Assembly: GCA_043228905.1 (NCBI GenBank)
Contig: JBHGNT010000017.1
Span: forward strand, 18,042,001 to 18,106,000
Source of the DNA: Azolla caroliniana
Lineage: Eukaryota > Plantae > Polypodiophyta
Reading direction: 5' to 3'
DNA length: 64,000 nucleotides
Of this stretch, positions 13,015-24,693 are shown piece by piece. The position numbers were made by a program, and so were the translations under genes. Below the pieces are notes generated by a model. That model had not been told where the DNA came from and did no database searches. It saw nothing but the letters and a program-made list of their open reading frames with translations. Position 1 is the stretch's first letter. Each line of letters opens with the position of its first letter.

Positions 13015-15039
13015 TCACCCCCTCCAAACCCGCACATCCTCCGGTATGTGCCGAAGTTGTTGGTGTTTGTTAGTCTCCTCCGTCCGGTCTCTACCCGATT
13101 GGTTTCGTTGCCGGCTCGTAGTACCCTCGACTTCTCTTGTTATGTTGACTTTGTCTCTCCATTTGGAGCACATCCATTCTTTCCACTCGAACCATTGTCG
13201 ACATCCGATCCACCATAGTCTTCGTTCGCTTTTTGCATGGCCCGCTTGGTCCTTGTCATCCGCGGTAGTATCTTTTCTTGCCCTCTTTCTTTTCTTCATC
13301 AATCTCGACTTCTTTTCGGATTTTCGGTTTAGTCGGATTAGCTTACTTCCGATTCGGTCTCGTCGGATCGTCTTTCGTTTAGTTCGGCTTCCTTTCCGAT
13401 TTGTATTCGGTCGATCCGGACTCGGTTGATCGGTTTTTACCGATTCAGTGCTCTTTCGGGTCGGTTTCTTTTCTTTTCTTTTCGTCCGGATTTGCTTTCT
13501 TTTCTTCGTTTTCACCTGCCTTGTCCGGTTCGACTTTCGGCACTTCTTTCCGTTGTTCGCCACGTAGGTCCTCCGATATGTGCTCGTTGTTCGGTCCTCG
13601 TGTGGTTGTAATGCATGCTTCTTTTCTCGCCGTAGCGCGTGCTTCTTTATTCGCCATAACACACGTTTCTTTATTCGCCGTAGAGCGTGCTCTGTATTAC
13701 GCGCTTCTCCCGTCGTAGACCCGACCTCCGCATTGTCGCACTTTCTTTTAGATTGGAATTTCGGATGGATCATTTTCCATCCGAACCGACTTCCGACTTT
13801 ACCTTCCTCGCCGCCATCTCCCGTCTCTCCGGTCTCACGTTGGTTCTCGGACACAACCGCCGAAGTCTCTAGATATTGTTGGCATGAATCCTCGGTATTA
13901 CCTTCTTTCGTAGTTTCACCCTTAGCATTCTTCTCGGCTATCTCTTCATCGTATTCGTCGGCTTCGACATTCGTTTTCTCTCCGCCACCTTCCGTCTCTT
14001 CGGTCTCACGTTGCCTTTCGATCGCAACCGCAGGAGTCTTTGGAATCAGTGGTGGGGAAGTCTCGATATGGCAATCCGCCATTGATTCATCCATAGCCAC
14101 CTCCGATTCGATTTCGTCTTTTGTGGCTACCTCCTTAATCACATCCGCTTCACACTCTTTATCTGCATCAATTATGCAAACATCTATTATGCTTACCCCT
14201 TTTTGACCCGATGTCTCGGGCACTTGTATCCCGAAATTTCCTTCTACACTTGCATTATCGGCCTTATCCTTCGCCATCGTTCTTTCACAAGACGAGTGGG
14301 TGTCTTGTTCCACTCTTTCTCCCGTGGTACCATCATGTTGTATTTCGGCCTTCATATTGGCTTCATCGTTTTTCCTCAATCGACCATCCTTCATGGGCCA
14401 TGTCGTTGTTGACGAGATTCTCAGCTTCCTTTCATCATGTCTTCGGCATACCCTTTCGACTTTGGCCCAATCCTCGGTAAGGCCGTTCGCACCGTCATCA
14501 TCTTCGAGTTCGATCCGAATGTCCATCCTTTCTTTTCGATCGATCGATTTTACGAACATTAGGACTTTATCCTCTCCCACCAATCGTTGTTCCCGCTTCG
14601 AGAGTCGAGCAAAACGATGCTCGAACTCTAGGAATGCTTGTGTTGCACTTCGGTGGGTCTTCTTCGATGCCACCCATTCGTCGAATTCTCGCCGATCTTG
14701 TCCCTTCGATCTCTTGTAATCATATGCCTCTCGTAAAGCTTCTTCGAATGACCCCCATGTCGAGTTTTGTTGCCGTATCTTGTGGATTCTCTCTTGTAGC
14801 TCATCCGTGGCCACCCGATTGAAGGATGTCACTTGCAATCCTTCCGGTATCCCACATCGTATCATCTCCGCCTTGTAGTCACGTAGATAGCGTGACACAT
14901 CGTTTCCGTTGAATTGTCCGTTTTGTTGTACGAGCCGCTTTACTGCCCCCGTGATCTCCGACATCACTCGTTGTTCTTGTAGCATCCGCTCGAACATCAT
15001 CATCATCGTTATGCTCATTGCCTCTTGTTGATTCTCCAT
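13015..15039 (-). CDS. Element B Gag-derived protein (~674 aa from ATG 15039) with acidic, basic and Trp-rich C-terminal segments
   Basis: N-terminus aligns by eye with element A Gag (FNGNDVSRYLRDYKAEM vs FEGINLTRFLKIYNEEM; GLTEDWAKVERVC vs GLTEDWEEVKRAC); the ORF fills the whole internal region. Confidence 0.75.
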   Translation of the reverse strand: MENQQEAMSITMMMMFERMLQEQRVMSEITGAVKRLVQQNGQFNGNDVSRYLRDYKAEMIRCGIPEGLQVTSFNRVATDELQERIHKIRQQNSTWGSFEEALREAYDYKRSKGQDRREFDEWVASKKTHRSATQAFLEFEHRFARLSKREQRLVGEDKVLMFVKSIDRKERMDIRIELEDDDGANGLTEDWAKVERVCRRHDERKLRISSTTTWPMKDGRLRKNDEANMKAEIQHDGTTGERVEQDTHSSCERTMAKDKADNASVEGNFGIQVPETSGQKGVSIIDVCIIDADKECEADVIKEVATKDEIESEVAMDESMADCHIETSPPLIPKTPAVAIERQRETEETEGGGEKTNVEADEYDEEIAEKNAKGETTKEGNTEDSCQQYLETSAVVSENQRETGETGDGGEEGKVGSRFGWKMIHPKFQSKRKCDNAEVGSTTGEARNTEHALRRIKKRVLWRIKKHALRREKKHALQPHEDRTTSTYRRTYVANNGKKCRKSNRTRQVKTKKRKQIRTKRKEKKPTRKSTESVKTDQPSPDRPNTNRKGSRTKRKTIRRDRIGSKLIRLNRKSEKKSRLMKKRKRARKDTTADDKDQAGHAKSERRLWWIGCRQWFEWKEWMCSKWRDKVNITREVEGTTSRQRNQSGRDRTEETNKHQQLRHIPEDVRVWRG

Positions 15040-16127
15040 CTCCTTGCCACCCGCCTTCACGTCGGGTTCACCAACTGTGTCGTGCCTTTCGGCTTCGGAT
15101 CGTTGCGTGAGTCGGGTGGGAACCGCTGGGGTTTTGGACTAGGAAGAGGAGAGTTTTAAGGCTAATAAGAATATAAATATGTTGTAAGAAAGAGTTATAG
15201 CAAACTCGTGAATCCCACGAGTGTATTGTATTAGATTAATCAATATGAATATAAGAATATAAACTTCGGTTGAAAGAGAATGATATAGAATTCTCGTGAA
15301 TCCCACGAGTATAGTTTATTAATTGGTGTTTTTTAGAAACATATCCAGTTTCCAAATATTTTTCACACACAATTACATTGTGCTTCCCATCCTTATGTAG
15401 TGATGAGGAAGTCTTAGTAATCCATGCTTTTTCTCTAACTATAGACCCCATGCTTTTCCTATAGATAGACTATATGCTTTATCTAAAGTGATCATGCTTT
15501 TTCTAACTTGTGCGTTTTTTATCATGCACGCTAGATGTGTATGTGTAGCTTTTTCTTTTGTTATGCGTTTTTCTAATGTTTATCCTAGCGTGAATTTACC
15601 TTTCTATGTGGGACATCTATGCTTTAACACTAATGAAATGCTAGTGTAATGGTAAGACATTACATTATTAACATGGAGGTGCAAGGTTCGAATCTTGCCC
15701 TATACATGTTCCATTTATTTTGCTATTTTCTTCTATTTCTTCATTTTTTATTGAATCTAATACTATATACGTTTTTCACGTAGTGTACAAAATACACTAC
15801 GACAACGCGGGAGAGACAGAGAGAGTGAGAGAGAGAAAATACAAGAACTATATTCAACAAAAGATCTCAATTCACTACTCTATACATATGTGTGTTCCAT
15901 GAACACTTTTATACAAGTCCTCGAAGGACTGACTGAAGTACTGACCGTACTTCAATGCTCTTTAAGAGCTCCTACACTAACTACACTAACTCCCAAATAT
16001 ATTCCTCACGGAATATCTTTCCTAACGACCTCCTGGTTTACGCACTCGGCTTAACCGATCGGTCCCAACCAATCTGGTCCTAGGCTTCTTCAACCGATCC
16101 GGCCGATGTTGAGCTTGTCTCTCAACA

Positions 16128-18706
16128 ATTTACAACTAGGAAAAGAGCCACCATGGGAACGGATCTACAACTTGTCACCAACCGAGCTAGAAGTCCTTCG
16201 AGCCTACATAGAGGAGAACTTGGCAAATGGGTTCATTCGAAATTCGGAATCTCTAGCCGGCGCACCCATTCTCTTTGTCAAGAAAAAAAATGGATCACTT
16301 CGTCTTGTCGTGGATTATCGTCTCTTCACAAAGATCGACTTACAAGGCACATATAACCTTTTACGGATCCGACCAGGAGATGAATGGAAGACCGCTTTTC
16401 GCACCTGATATGGGCACTTCGAGTATACAATTATGTCATTCGGTCTCACCAATGCGCCATCAATCTTCCAGCACATGGCAAATGATATATTCCGAGATCT
16501 CTTGGATATTTGTTTGATCAACTATTTGGATGATCTACTAGTTTATTCAAAGACTCAAGAAGAGCATGATTCTCATGTACTATAAGTACTAAAACGAATT
16601 TGAGAACATGGTCTTTATGCAAAACTGGAAAAATGTAGTTTTGAGTGCAACCAGGTGGAATTTCTAGGCTATGTCATCTCCTCGGAAGGCATCTCTATGG
16701 ATCCAGCTAAGGTCAGAACTATGGTAAGGTGGTAGACTCCTTGTTCGTTGCGAGATGTGCAATTTTTTTTAGGCTTCGCAAATTTCTACCGCAAGTTTAT
16801 ACAGGACTACTCAAAGCTTATTTTGCCTCTCACATAGCTTACCAAGTAGGGGTAGTCATTTGTTTGGTCTAAGGAAGCATAAACAACTTTTGTAAGTCTT
16901 AGGAAAGCATTTACATTAGATCATATTCTAGCTTATGTTGATCTGAAAAAATCGTTCATCATGGAGGCAAACGCGTCGGATTTTGCCATTGGTAGCATTC
17001 TATCCCAACAAGGCGATGATGAAAAACTACATCATGTGGCTTTCCACTTGCGCAAGTTTAATGTGGCCGGAATCAACTGCGAGATACATGACAATGAGCT
17101 ACTAACAATAGTGGACTCTTTTACACACTGGAGGCATTTCCAGATCTTCTCATCAAGTCACCGTATTCAGTGATCACAAAAACCTTGCCTATTTCCAGAT
17201 GCATTATCGTGGTGCTCGTATCTGGCACCTTGTCTTGGTGATCCAACATTCGATAATCAAAAGCAAGTCAATCTAGGACCAACATGACTGCAAGCAACGT
17301 TGGTTTTTGACACTCCATTGGATTCCCGCGTTATTGAGACCATACGTGAATACTTGAAGATAGATGCTTTCGCTCAAGCCATTCTAGTGCAAATTGATCC
17401 CTCGCGGGCAATCTGTTCACAATCCCAACAACTAGGTACGGACAATTGACAATTCGAATGTCATGATGAATTACTATTCTTTAAGAAAATCTTGTATGTT
17501 TCCAATGGTTCTTGTTGCCTTCAGGTAGTCCAAAATTGTCATGACACATATACAACTTGAGATTTTGGTAGTACTAAAACGTTGGATTTAGTACAACAAC
17601 CATTTTTGTGGCCTCATATGCGACGATTTGTCGAAGACTATGTTCAGACATGTGATACATGTTGCAGAGCAAAGATGTCAAGACATCATCTATATGGTTT
17701 ATTGGAACCATTACCAATTCCAAGCAAGCCGTGGCAGTCCATTTCTCTAGATTTTATCACACATATTCCAATTTCAAAGGGATTCGATGCAATCTTTACA
17801 ATAGTAGATTGATATACTAAGATGGCACATTTCATGCCTTGTACTAAGGCAACCATTAGTGAAGAAACCGTAGAAATTTTCATGCGTGAGGTATTGGGGC
17901 ATCATGGCCCTGGAAAGTATCATTAGTGACCGTGGACCTCAATTCATCTCGAAATTCTGGAAGCATCTCTTCAAAATGCTCAAGGTCACTTGTAACCTCT
18001 CCTCCGTCTATCACCCTCAAACATATAGACAAGCAGAACGAACAAATCAAACGTTGGTACAATATCTTCGGTGTTTTCTAAGCTATCAACAAGATGATTG
18101 GGCGGATATTCTCCACTTTGCCGAATTTGCTTATAATAACTCTATCCACTCATCGACTAGGGTTACATCATTTTATGCTTATACAGGCTATCATTCTTGA
18201 TGGTGTGTGTTCGAAACTCTGGAGTTACCCACAAATCCTCGTGCAGAGGATCATTTGGAGAGGCTATGAAAGATACAGGCAGACCTATCTACCCATTTAA
18301 ATCAACCTCAACAAACACATAAGGCTTATGCGGATCATCATTGGCTTCCATCCTATTTTGACATTGGAAATCGGGTATGGCTATTACGACAACACATCAA
18401 GACTACTCGACCATGCGATAAATTGGATTATTGACAATTAGGTCCTTTCTGTATTATTGGAAAATTTAATGATATCACTTTTCGTCTTGATGTACCTCTG
18501 CAACTACGGTTACATCCGATTTTTCATAGTTCTCTTCTCGAACCCTATCAAGATAACATTATTACAGATTGTATTACACCACCACCATCACCCCCCATCG
18601 AGCTTGAAGTAAGACCGAAGTATGAAGTTGTTGCCATCCTCAATTCCAAGATTGTTCGCAACAAGCTCTACTATTTGGTTGATTGGCTAGGCTATAGTCC
18701 AAGCGA
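16128..18706 (+). pseudogene. Degenerate chromovirus (Tcn1-like) pol: RT, RNase H, integrase, chromodomain
   Basis: [83 protein letters not shown]; many stops. Confidence 0.88.
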
Positions 18707-18970
18707 TGTCGCGGAGATCCGCACTTGCATGTCGGATCCAGGCGGGACCACCGGGGTCATGGACCAGGAGTGGAGTTGCCGGAGGATCGAATCCTCTTGA
18801 GTTTGTTGTGTAGCCGGCCTGTTTGGATCCGGATGGTGTCCGGGTCAGACCTTGCCGGCCGGTTCCGGTTCCTCTCCGGATGCGACCGGTGACCGCTTGC
18901 AGAGTAGGAAGGCATGCACCCATCCTTAACGCCCTTCTCTTCGCATGTACAAGGGCCCAAAGAGGCACAG

Positions 18971-19730
18971 TGTCATGCATTTAAGTGCCAGATCGTTTGC
19001 GTGAGTCGGGTGGGAATCGCTGGGGTTTTGGACTAGGAAGACCAAGAATTTGAGGCGATTTTAATTATGAATAGAATAGTAGAAACTTGTGAATCCCACA
19101 AGTATAATGTATTTTATTGATTAATATTTATGTAAGAATATGTATTTAGATTGATAGAGAAAGATATAGAAATCTCGTGAATCCCACGAGTATAGTTTAT
19201 TAATTGGTGTTTTAGGAAATATATCCAATTTCCCAAATATTTCACACACCTTTTACATTGTGCTCCCATCCTTATGTAGTGATGAGGGAGTCTTAGTAAT
19301 CCATGTTTTTTTTTTTCCCTCTAACTATAGACTCCATGCTTTTCCTATAGATAGACTATATGCTTTTTCTATAGATAGACTATATGCTTTATCTAAAGTG
19401 ATCATGCTTTTTCTAACTTGTGCATTTTTTATCAACTATAACGTTTATGCACGGTAGATGTGCATGCGTAGCTTTTTCTTTTAGCATGCGTTTTCTTTTA
19501 ACTAAAGTTTATCCTAGGTGAATTAACCTTTCTATGTGGAACATCTACTTTTTAACACTAATGAAATGTTAGTGCAATGGTAAGACATTACATTATTAAC
19601 ATGGAGGTGCAAGGTTTGAATCTTGCCCTATGCATGTATTATTTATTTTGACATTTTCTTCTATTTCTTCACATTTACTAAAACGTTACTTTATAAGTTT
19701 TTCATGTAGTGTACGAAATACACTACGACA
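18971..19730 (-). mobile_element. Solo LTR of the element B family inside the element D LTR
   Basis: TGTCA...CGACA; colinear with 12287-13013; flanks ACAG / ATGG. Confidence 0.88.
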
Positions 19731-22373
19731 ATGGGTCACGGCCCGGTTAACCGCGCCCGCGCACACGCACACACACACACACACACACGTTCAAGATGCT
19801 TATTGATGTATCGGTTTCACATAGAGAGGAAGAGGGAACTTGCATCCTAGGATTGATTGGGGGCACTAGGGCTCGATCGCATGATGGGATCCTTGTGCAG
19901 GGCACGCCTCTTCTGAGAATGATCGCGTCCTGTCGCCAAGTCGCCTTCCAGAAGCGCATGGGCTAACCGGCACGAGAGGGGTCTTGCGCAACAAGGAGGG
20001 GAGCCTACCAACGAACCACTTGGCGCGCAGGCTCGTTGCGAGCAATAGAAATCAACACCGTTGCACACCCACACACACCGAAGTGTTCCAGAAACCCACA
20101 AAAACCCTGCAAGAAACCAAAGATAGCCCGCACGTTGTCTGTCGCCCCAACCACGCTTATTCACTCACAACCACAGACGAACCACCCTCCTATTCACACT
20201 GTAGACGAACCCTAACAGAAAAAGAGACACTTGAATCCCTAGCAAAAACAAGAGAGAGACCAAGACGAAATAGAAACAGAAAACAAAAATAGAAATGTAT
20301 ATACACAAAATGGAACCCAACGGGTGGGAACCCTTGGAACCTCGAAAACGAGGAACCCCTATACAAAGGGCACACCCTCCCTTTTATAGAACAAGGCGAG
20401 GTCGCGTGACTATGTGGGATAAATCCTGATATACATGGGATCCTTTGTCCCAACTTTATTGCCTATTCGGCGCCATAAAGGCGCCCCTAGCTCCTACGCT
20501 AATTTTGTACAAGGGTGGGTGCACATGGTGCACCTTGCCGATCCTTCCAATATTCTCCGGTTTCTCACTGTGGCCCGAAATCTTCATGACATCTGCCGCC
20601 ACCAAACCACACGTCCACCGGTATGTGCCAAATCCGGAGAAGGGCGAAAGATTCGGGCCGTTGAGAAATTGGTCTTCTGTGACCCGCATCCCGGCTTGCC
20701 ACGTCGACCACTGCCGGTTTGAACCGTCGGCTCCGGTTCGTCCTTCGCGTTTTCCTCTCTTTAGGCTCGTTCGACCCGTCAATAGGTCGTTCGCCGTGAC
20801 CCTGTAGTACGCATGCCCCTTTGTTGGCCCTTCACTCGGCCACATGCATGCTCCACTCTCCGCCATACACCTGGTGTTCTCTGCTTGAGGAATACTTGTA
20901 GTGGCCCGCTTGGCCTTAGTTGATCGTCCGCGTGATCCTGTTTGCCATCCCGTGCGGTTGCCCATCACCTTCGTCCCCTCGCCGCCACCTTCCTTCTCCT
21001 TGGTCTTACGTTGCCACGTCGGCTCAGATTGCCAAGGTCTCTAGAACCGGTGTGGAGGATCCCTGTCCGGCCTTCTACCGAATATCTCTTGATCCGGCAA
21101 CCATCCTTCGCACACGTACTTTCTTTCCAACACCTCCGTGTGTTGTGCATCCCTTCCTCGCGGTTCGACATCGTCATGCTGAACTCCGGTCACCTTTCAT
21201 GCACCCTTCGTCGGCCCTTGCCCGGCCAGATCGTGCACCACCGATTCGCATGCCGGTGTCCTCCGTCAGAGGATCACCCCGTAGTAGCCTGCTTGGCTCC
21301 TCCCATCTCACGCTGCCGCAATCGGTTCGAAGTCTTTTGCTCGCCGTTGTCCCCTCGCCCCCACCAGGTTGTTATCTCGGGCTTGGCATGTCACACTAGT
21401 CGTTGCTACTCCGACTGAGCCATCGAGATCTCCGAAGCAGGTGTGGAGGATCCTCCTTCGACTTCCGATCTTTGTCTCCGGTCTTCACCCCGTGCAGCCT
21501 GTTCGCGCGCCCGTTGTCATGAAGATTTCCGGCTACGGTGTGAAACCGGGGTGGAAAGGGCAAGTCGGTGGTGTGCAACATGGGCACATGTATAGTAGTA
21601 ATATGGTATATAGAATAAGGGGAGAACTTATCCCACATTGTAACGTCTCTCCCTCCTTGGGCTATAAAAGGAAGGGAGGGGTCACTTTGGAAGGGGTTGC
21701 CAATTTTGGAGTTAGAAGGGTATACCACTTAGGTCTAGGGTTTGATAGTGTTCTTCCTCTTCATTTTATTCTTGTTCCCTTAGGGTTTCTACTTGGGTCT
21801 TTTCACCCTATTTCGTTTAGGGTTCCATTTTGAGCTTTCTTCATCATTGTCTCATGGGTTTGGTTCATTCTTTTGAGTGGAGGTTAGTATTTTGTTTAGG
21901 TTTTTCTCCCGGAGAGAGTTTGTGCGAGTTAGGGTATGTTGTTTAGGGTTTCGATTGCTACCCTCTCTTCTTCGTGTGAGAGTTTGGTTTGGTTTGAGGG
22001 TTCCTACAACAACGGCTTTAGGCATTCCAGTGGCGGTGCTTAGAGATTCGGTTTCCTCTCTTCGATGGAGAGCGTTTCGCATGGCGGCCGGTTCGAGAAG
22101 GGAGGACGAAGCGGCACGGGAACACTCCATCATCTTCGGGGCGTGACCAACGGTGGACGTCGCGGTCCCGACGGCCCACTTGACTCGCCTTCACCGGTCC
22201 CCCATTCTTATCTTGATGTATTAACCGATTGTTTGTATTAGCCACCGGATTCGGGGCATGTAACCATCTTGTTGTAAAACTCTTGTAATATATATTCATG
22301 TTAGTGTATATCTATCTTCCTTGTAACATATTTGAGTCGGGTCCATATTCGCGTTGAACCATTTTGTGAAACC

Positions 22374-22835
22374 TGTTAGCCAGCCGGCAAGGAGTGTAGA
22401 ACAATCCAGAATATGAAAGGGCAGAAATAATCAGAGGCTGTTATTAAGATATTAAGTAATTAAGTAGATTTTAGAGAAGTGAATGGACGGACCGGAATCG
22501 GTATGCCGATCCGGATCCGGACCGGTTCATATTAGTGTGTCGGTTGGCACCATTTTGTATCCAGAGCCGGTGATCTATAAAAAGGCCCGGTTACATTGTA
22601 AATGAGGACGGATAATTAATAAAGCTCTATTTTCTTATCTCTGCGTATTGATTACTGTTTTGTGCTAATTACTTTTGATCTTACACGTCTATTAAGATTA
22701 AGGATATGTTGCTTAAGTAACTGATTAAGGTTTGATTAATCGTCTGTCTAACTGTGTTTCACCGTAACACCCTTTGGTGAAGTGTCTTCTGTAAACACCA
22801 TGTGTTAGGCTACTGTCCAGCCCTAAAGAGTAACA
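22374..22835. mobile_element. Solo LTR (462 bp) of an unrelated family in the element C 5' LTR
   Basis: TGTTA...TAACA termini; 5-bp TSD AAACC; absent from the other C LTR. Confidence 0.85.
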
Positions 22836-24693
22836 AAACCCTACATTCCTTGGAGCCGGAAGCCGATTCCAGATTGAAACCCACAAAGCCTAAGGACTCC
22901 ACCATTCGTCTCCCTAGTCGCGGTCCCGCCTAGGATCCTACACGTACTCGCGGAATACCGCGACATATCTTTGGTGAACCCGACGTGAAAGGCGGCAAGG
23001 GAGAATGGAGGTCGATGTAGAGGCTTCGTGGTGAAGGCAATGTCAAAGGCGAGGATGAACATACACGGAAGAAGGGTGGATGAGAAACGGTTTGGAAGCC
23101 GTTGAGAGTGCGATCGAAGAAGTTGATCATATGCGGGAGAACGGGATCCGGCAATGTGGAGAAGGTATGGACGGACCCGGACGAGAACTGTGAGAGCGGC
23201 CTTTCGGATAACCGATCCCAAAGGGAGGAAAGACTATATGTTGATACCACGGGAGAGGGTGCGGAGAAAACCGCCCTCTCGGCAAGGGGAGAAGGACGGC
23301 CCGAGAAAGGGTTAGGAAGACGTATCGGAGGCCTGAGGAGGATCCTTCACATCGGATCTAGAGACTTCGACGGTCGGCAACGGGGTCTACGTAAGACCAA
23401 GAGGTTGATGGTGGCGGCAAGGGGACAAAGGCGAATCAACAAAGACGAAGAAGGGGAAAGTCGGGAATTGACTCGACCGAAAGACAACACAAAAGGCGGG
23501 AGTAGAGAAAGGAAGCCCAGTCCTATGGGATCCTCACACTGACACCGGCAGTTCAGGCCGACATGGCAACGTGAGACCGAGTGAGAAGGATGGTGGCAGC
23601 AGAAAACGGGACCCAGCAACACAAAAGAGCGGATTGGGAGCCGGTGAGATGGGAGCTGGCAAGACTCGAATTGAAAAAGGGGCGAACCCTTACCGGTCGG
23701 TTACAGTTTCGGAAGGAGCCAGTAAGGGCAAGCAAGGAGTAGTGTGCCAAGCCGGAAAGGCACACCTGGGAGCAGATCGAGAGACGTGCATGTGGCCATT
23801 AAGGGCCGGTTTGAAGCACAAGTACGGGACGACGTTCGGCACGGGCGGTGCCGAACAAGGATGGTGGAAGACGGCACATGACAGTGTCGGGAACGAGGTA
23901 ACATGGGTGCGTAACAGACTGCACGGTTGAAGACCGGAGACAGTATCAAGAGCCGGAGAAGGATCCTCCACACTCGCTTTGGAGATCTCAGCGACTCAGT
24001 CAGAGTGGCAAGCCAAGCCTGAGATGACAAGCCGGTGGGGACGAGGGGACGACGGCAAGCAAAAGGCTCTGGACCGGTCGCAAGGGCGCGATACGAAAGG
24101 GGGCCAAGCGGGCTAGTACAGGGTGTTCCTCGGACACGGAGGACACCGGTATGCGGAGAGGAAGGCGATGCACAATCTGGCCGGGCAAGGGCCGACAACG
24201 CATGCGAAAGGGTAACCGGAGTTCGGCACGGTGGTGCCGAACTATTAGAGATTAGGTACTAAAGTAAGCATAAAATAAGGATATATCAATGATAGATCTA
24301 GAAAGAATAGAGAGAAAAGAGAGAAAGAAGGGTGCCGATCCACCCGACCACCCCCGAGCGAAGGGATCGAGACGGACTCGAGCCTCGATCGGCGTCCCAT
24401 ACCACCGCCTTGGCGTCGAGTCGTACCTGGACGATAGCGCGCTTGCTACAAGAGTCGTTCCACTCACGGACAGAGTCTCGACGTAGTCAATGCATGCCCA
24501 AATGAGGGTAGCTAGGCCTCTTATTTATAGTAATTCTCAAGGCCCCCAGCCATGTTCACACTTGGCCTCATGGGTTGTCTCAATCCCGAGGATTAAAAGT
24601 AATCCTCCCCTTCTTTAGACTCTTTGTTTAAACCTCACACTTATCCACGTGTATAGAATACTACGACAATTCTCACCACGGGATATTATATGG

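Larger units (their letters stand above)
12287..15804 (-). mobile_element. Element B: non-autonomous gag-only LTR element of the element A superfamily, inserted in the Copia-1 LTR
   Basis: Apparently identical 727-bp LTRs 12287-13013 and 15078-15804 (TGTCG...CGACA); TSD ACGC; perfect tRNA-Trp PBS 15057-15073; no pol. Confidence 0.93.
915..16127 (-). mobile_element. Ty1/copia LTR retrotransposon Copia-1 (3' end lost in the gap), interrupted by elements A and B
   Basis: 5' LTR 12185-12286 + 15805-16127 with TG...CA ends; tRNA-iMet PBS TGGTATCAGAGC at 12173-12184; gag 12115-11908 continuing 4550-3924; PR-INT-RT order down to 915. Confidence 0.95.

Noticed and set aside
20400-24240. Many 70-170 aa ORFs on both strands of C and D
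   Set aside because: GC-rich low-stop sequence, no motifs, frames not conserved between the related copies.
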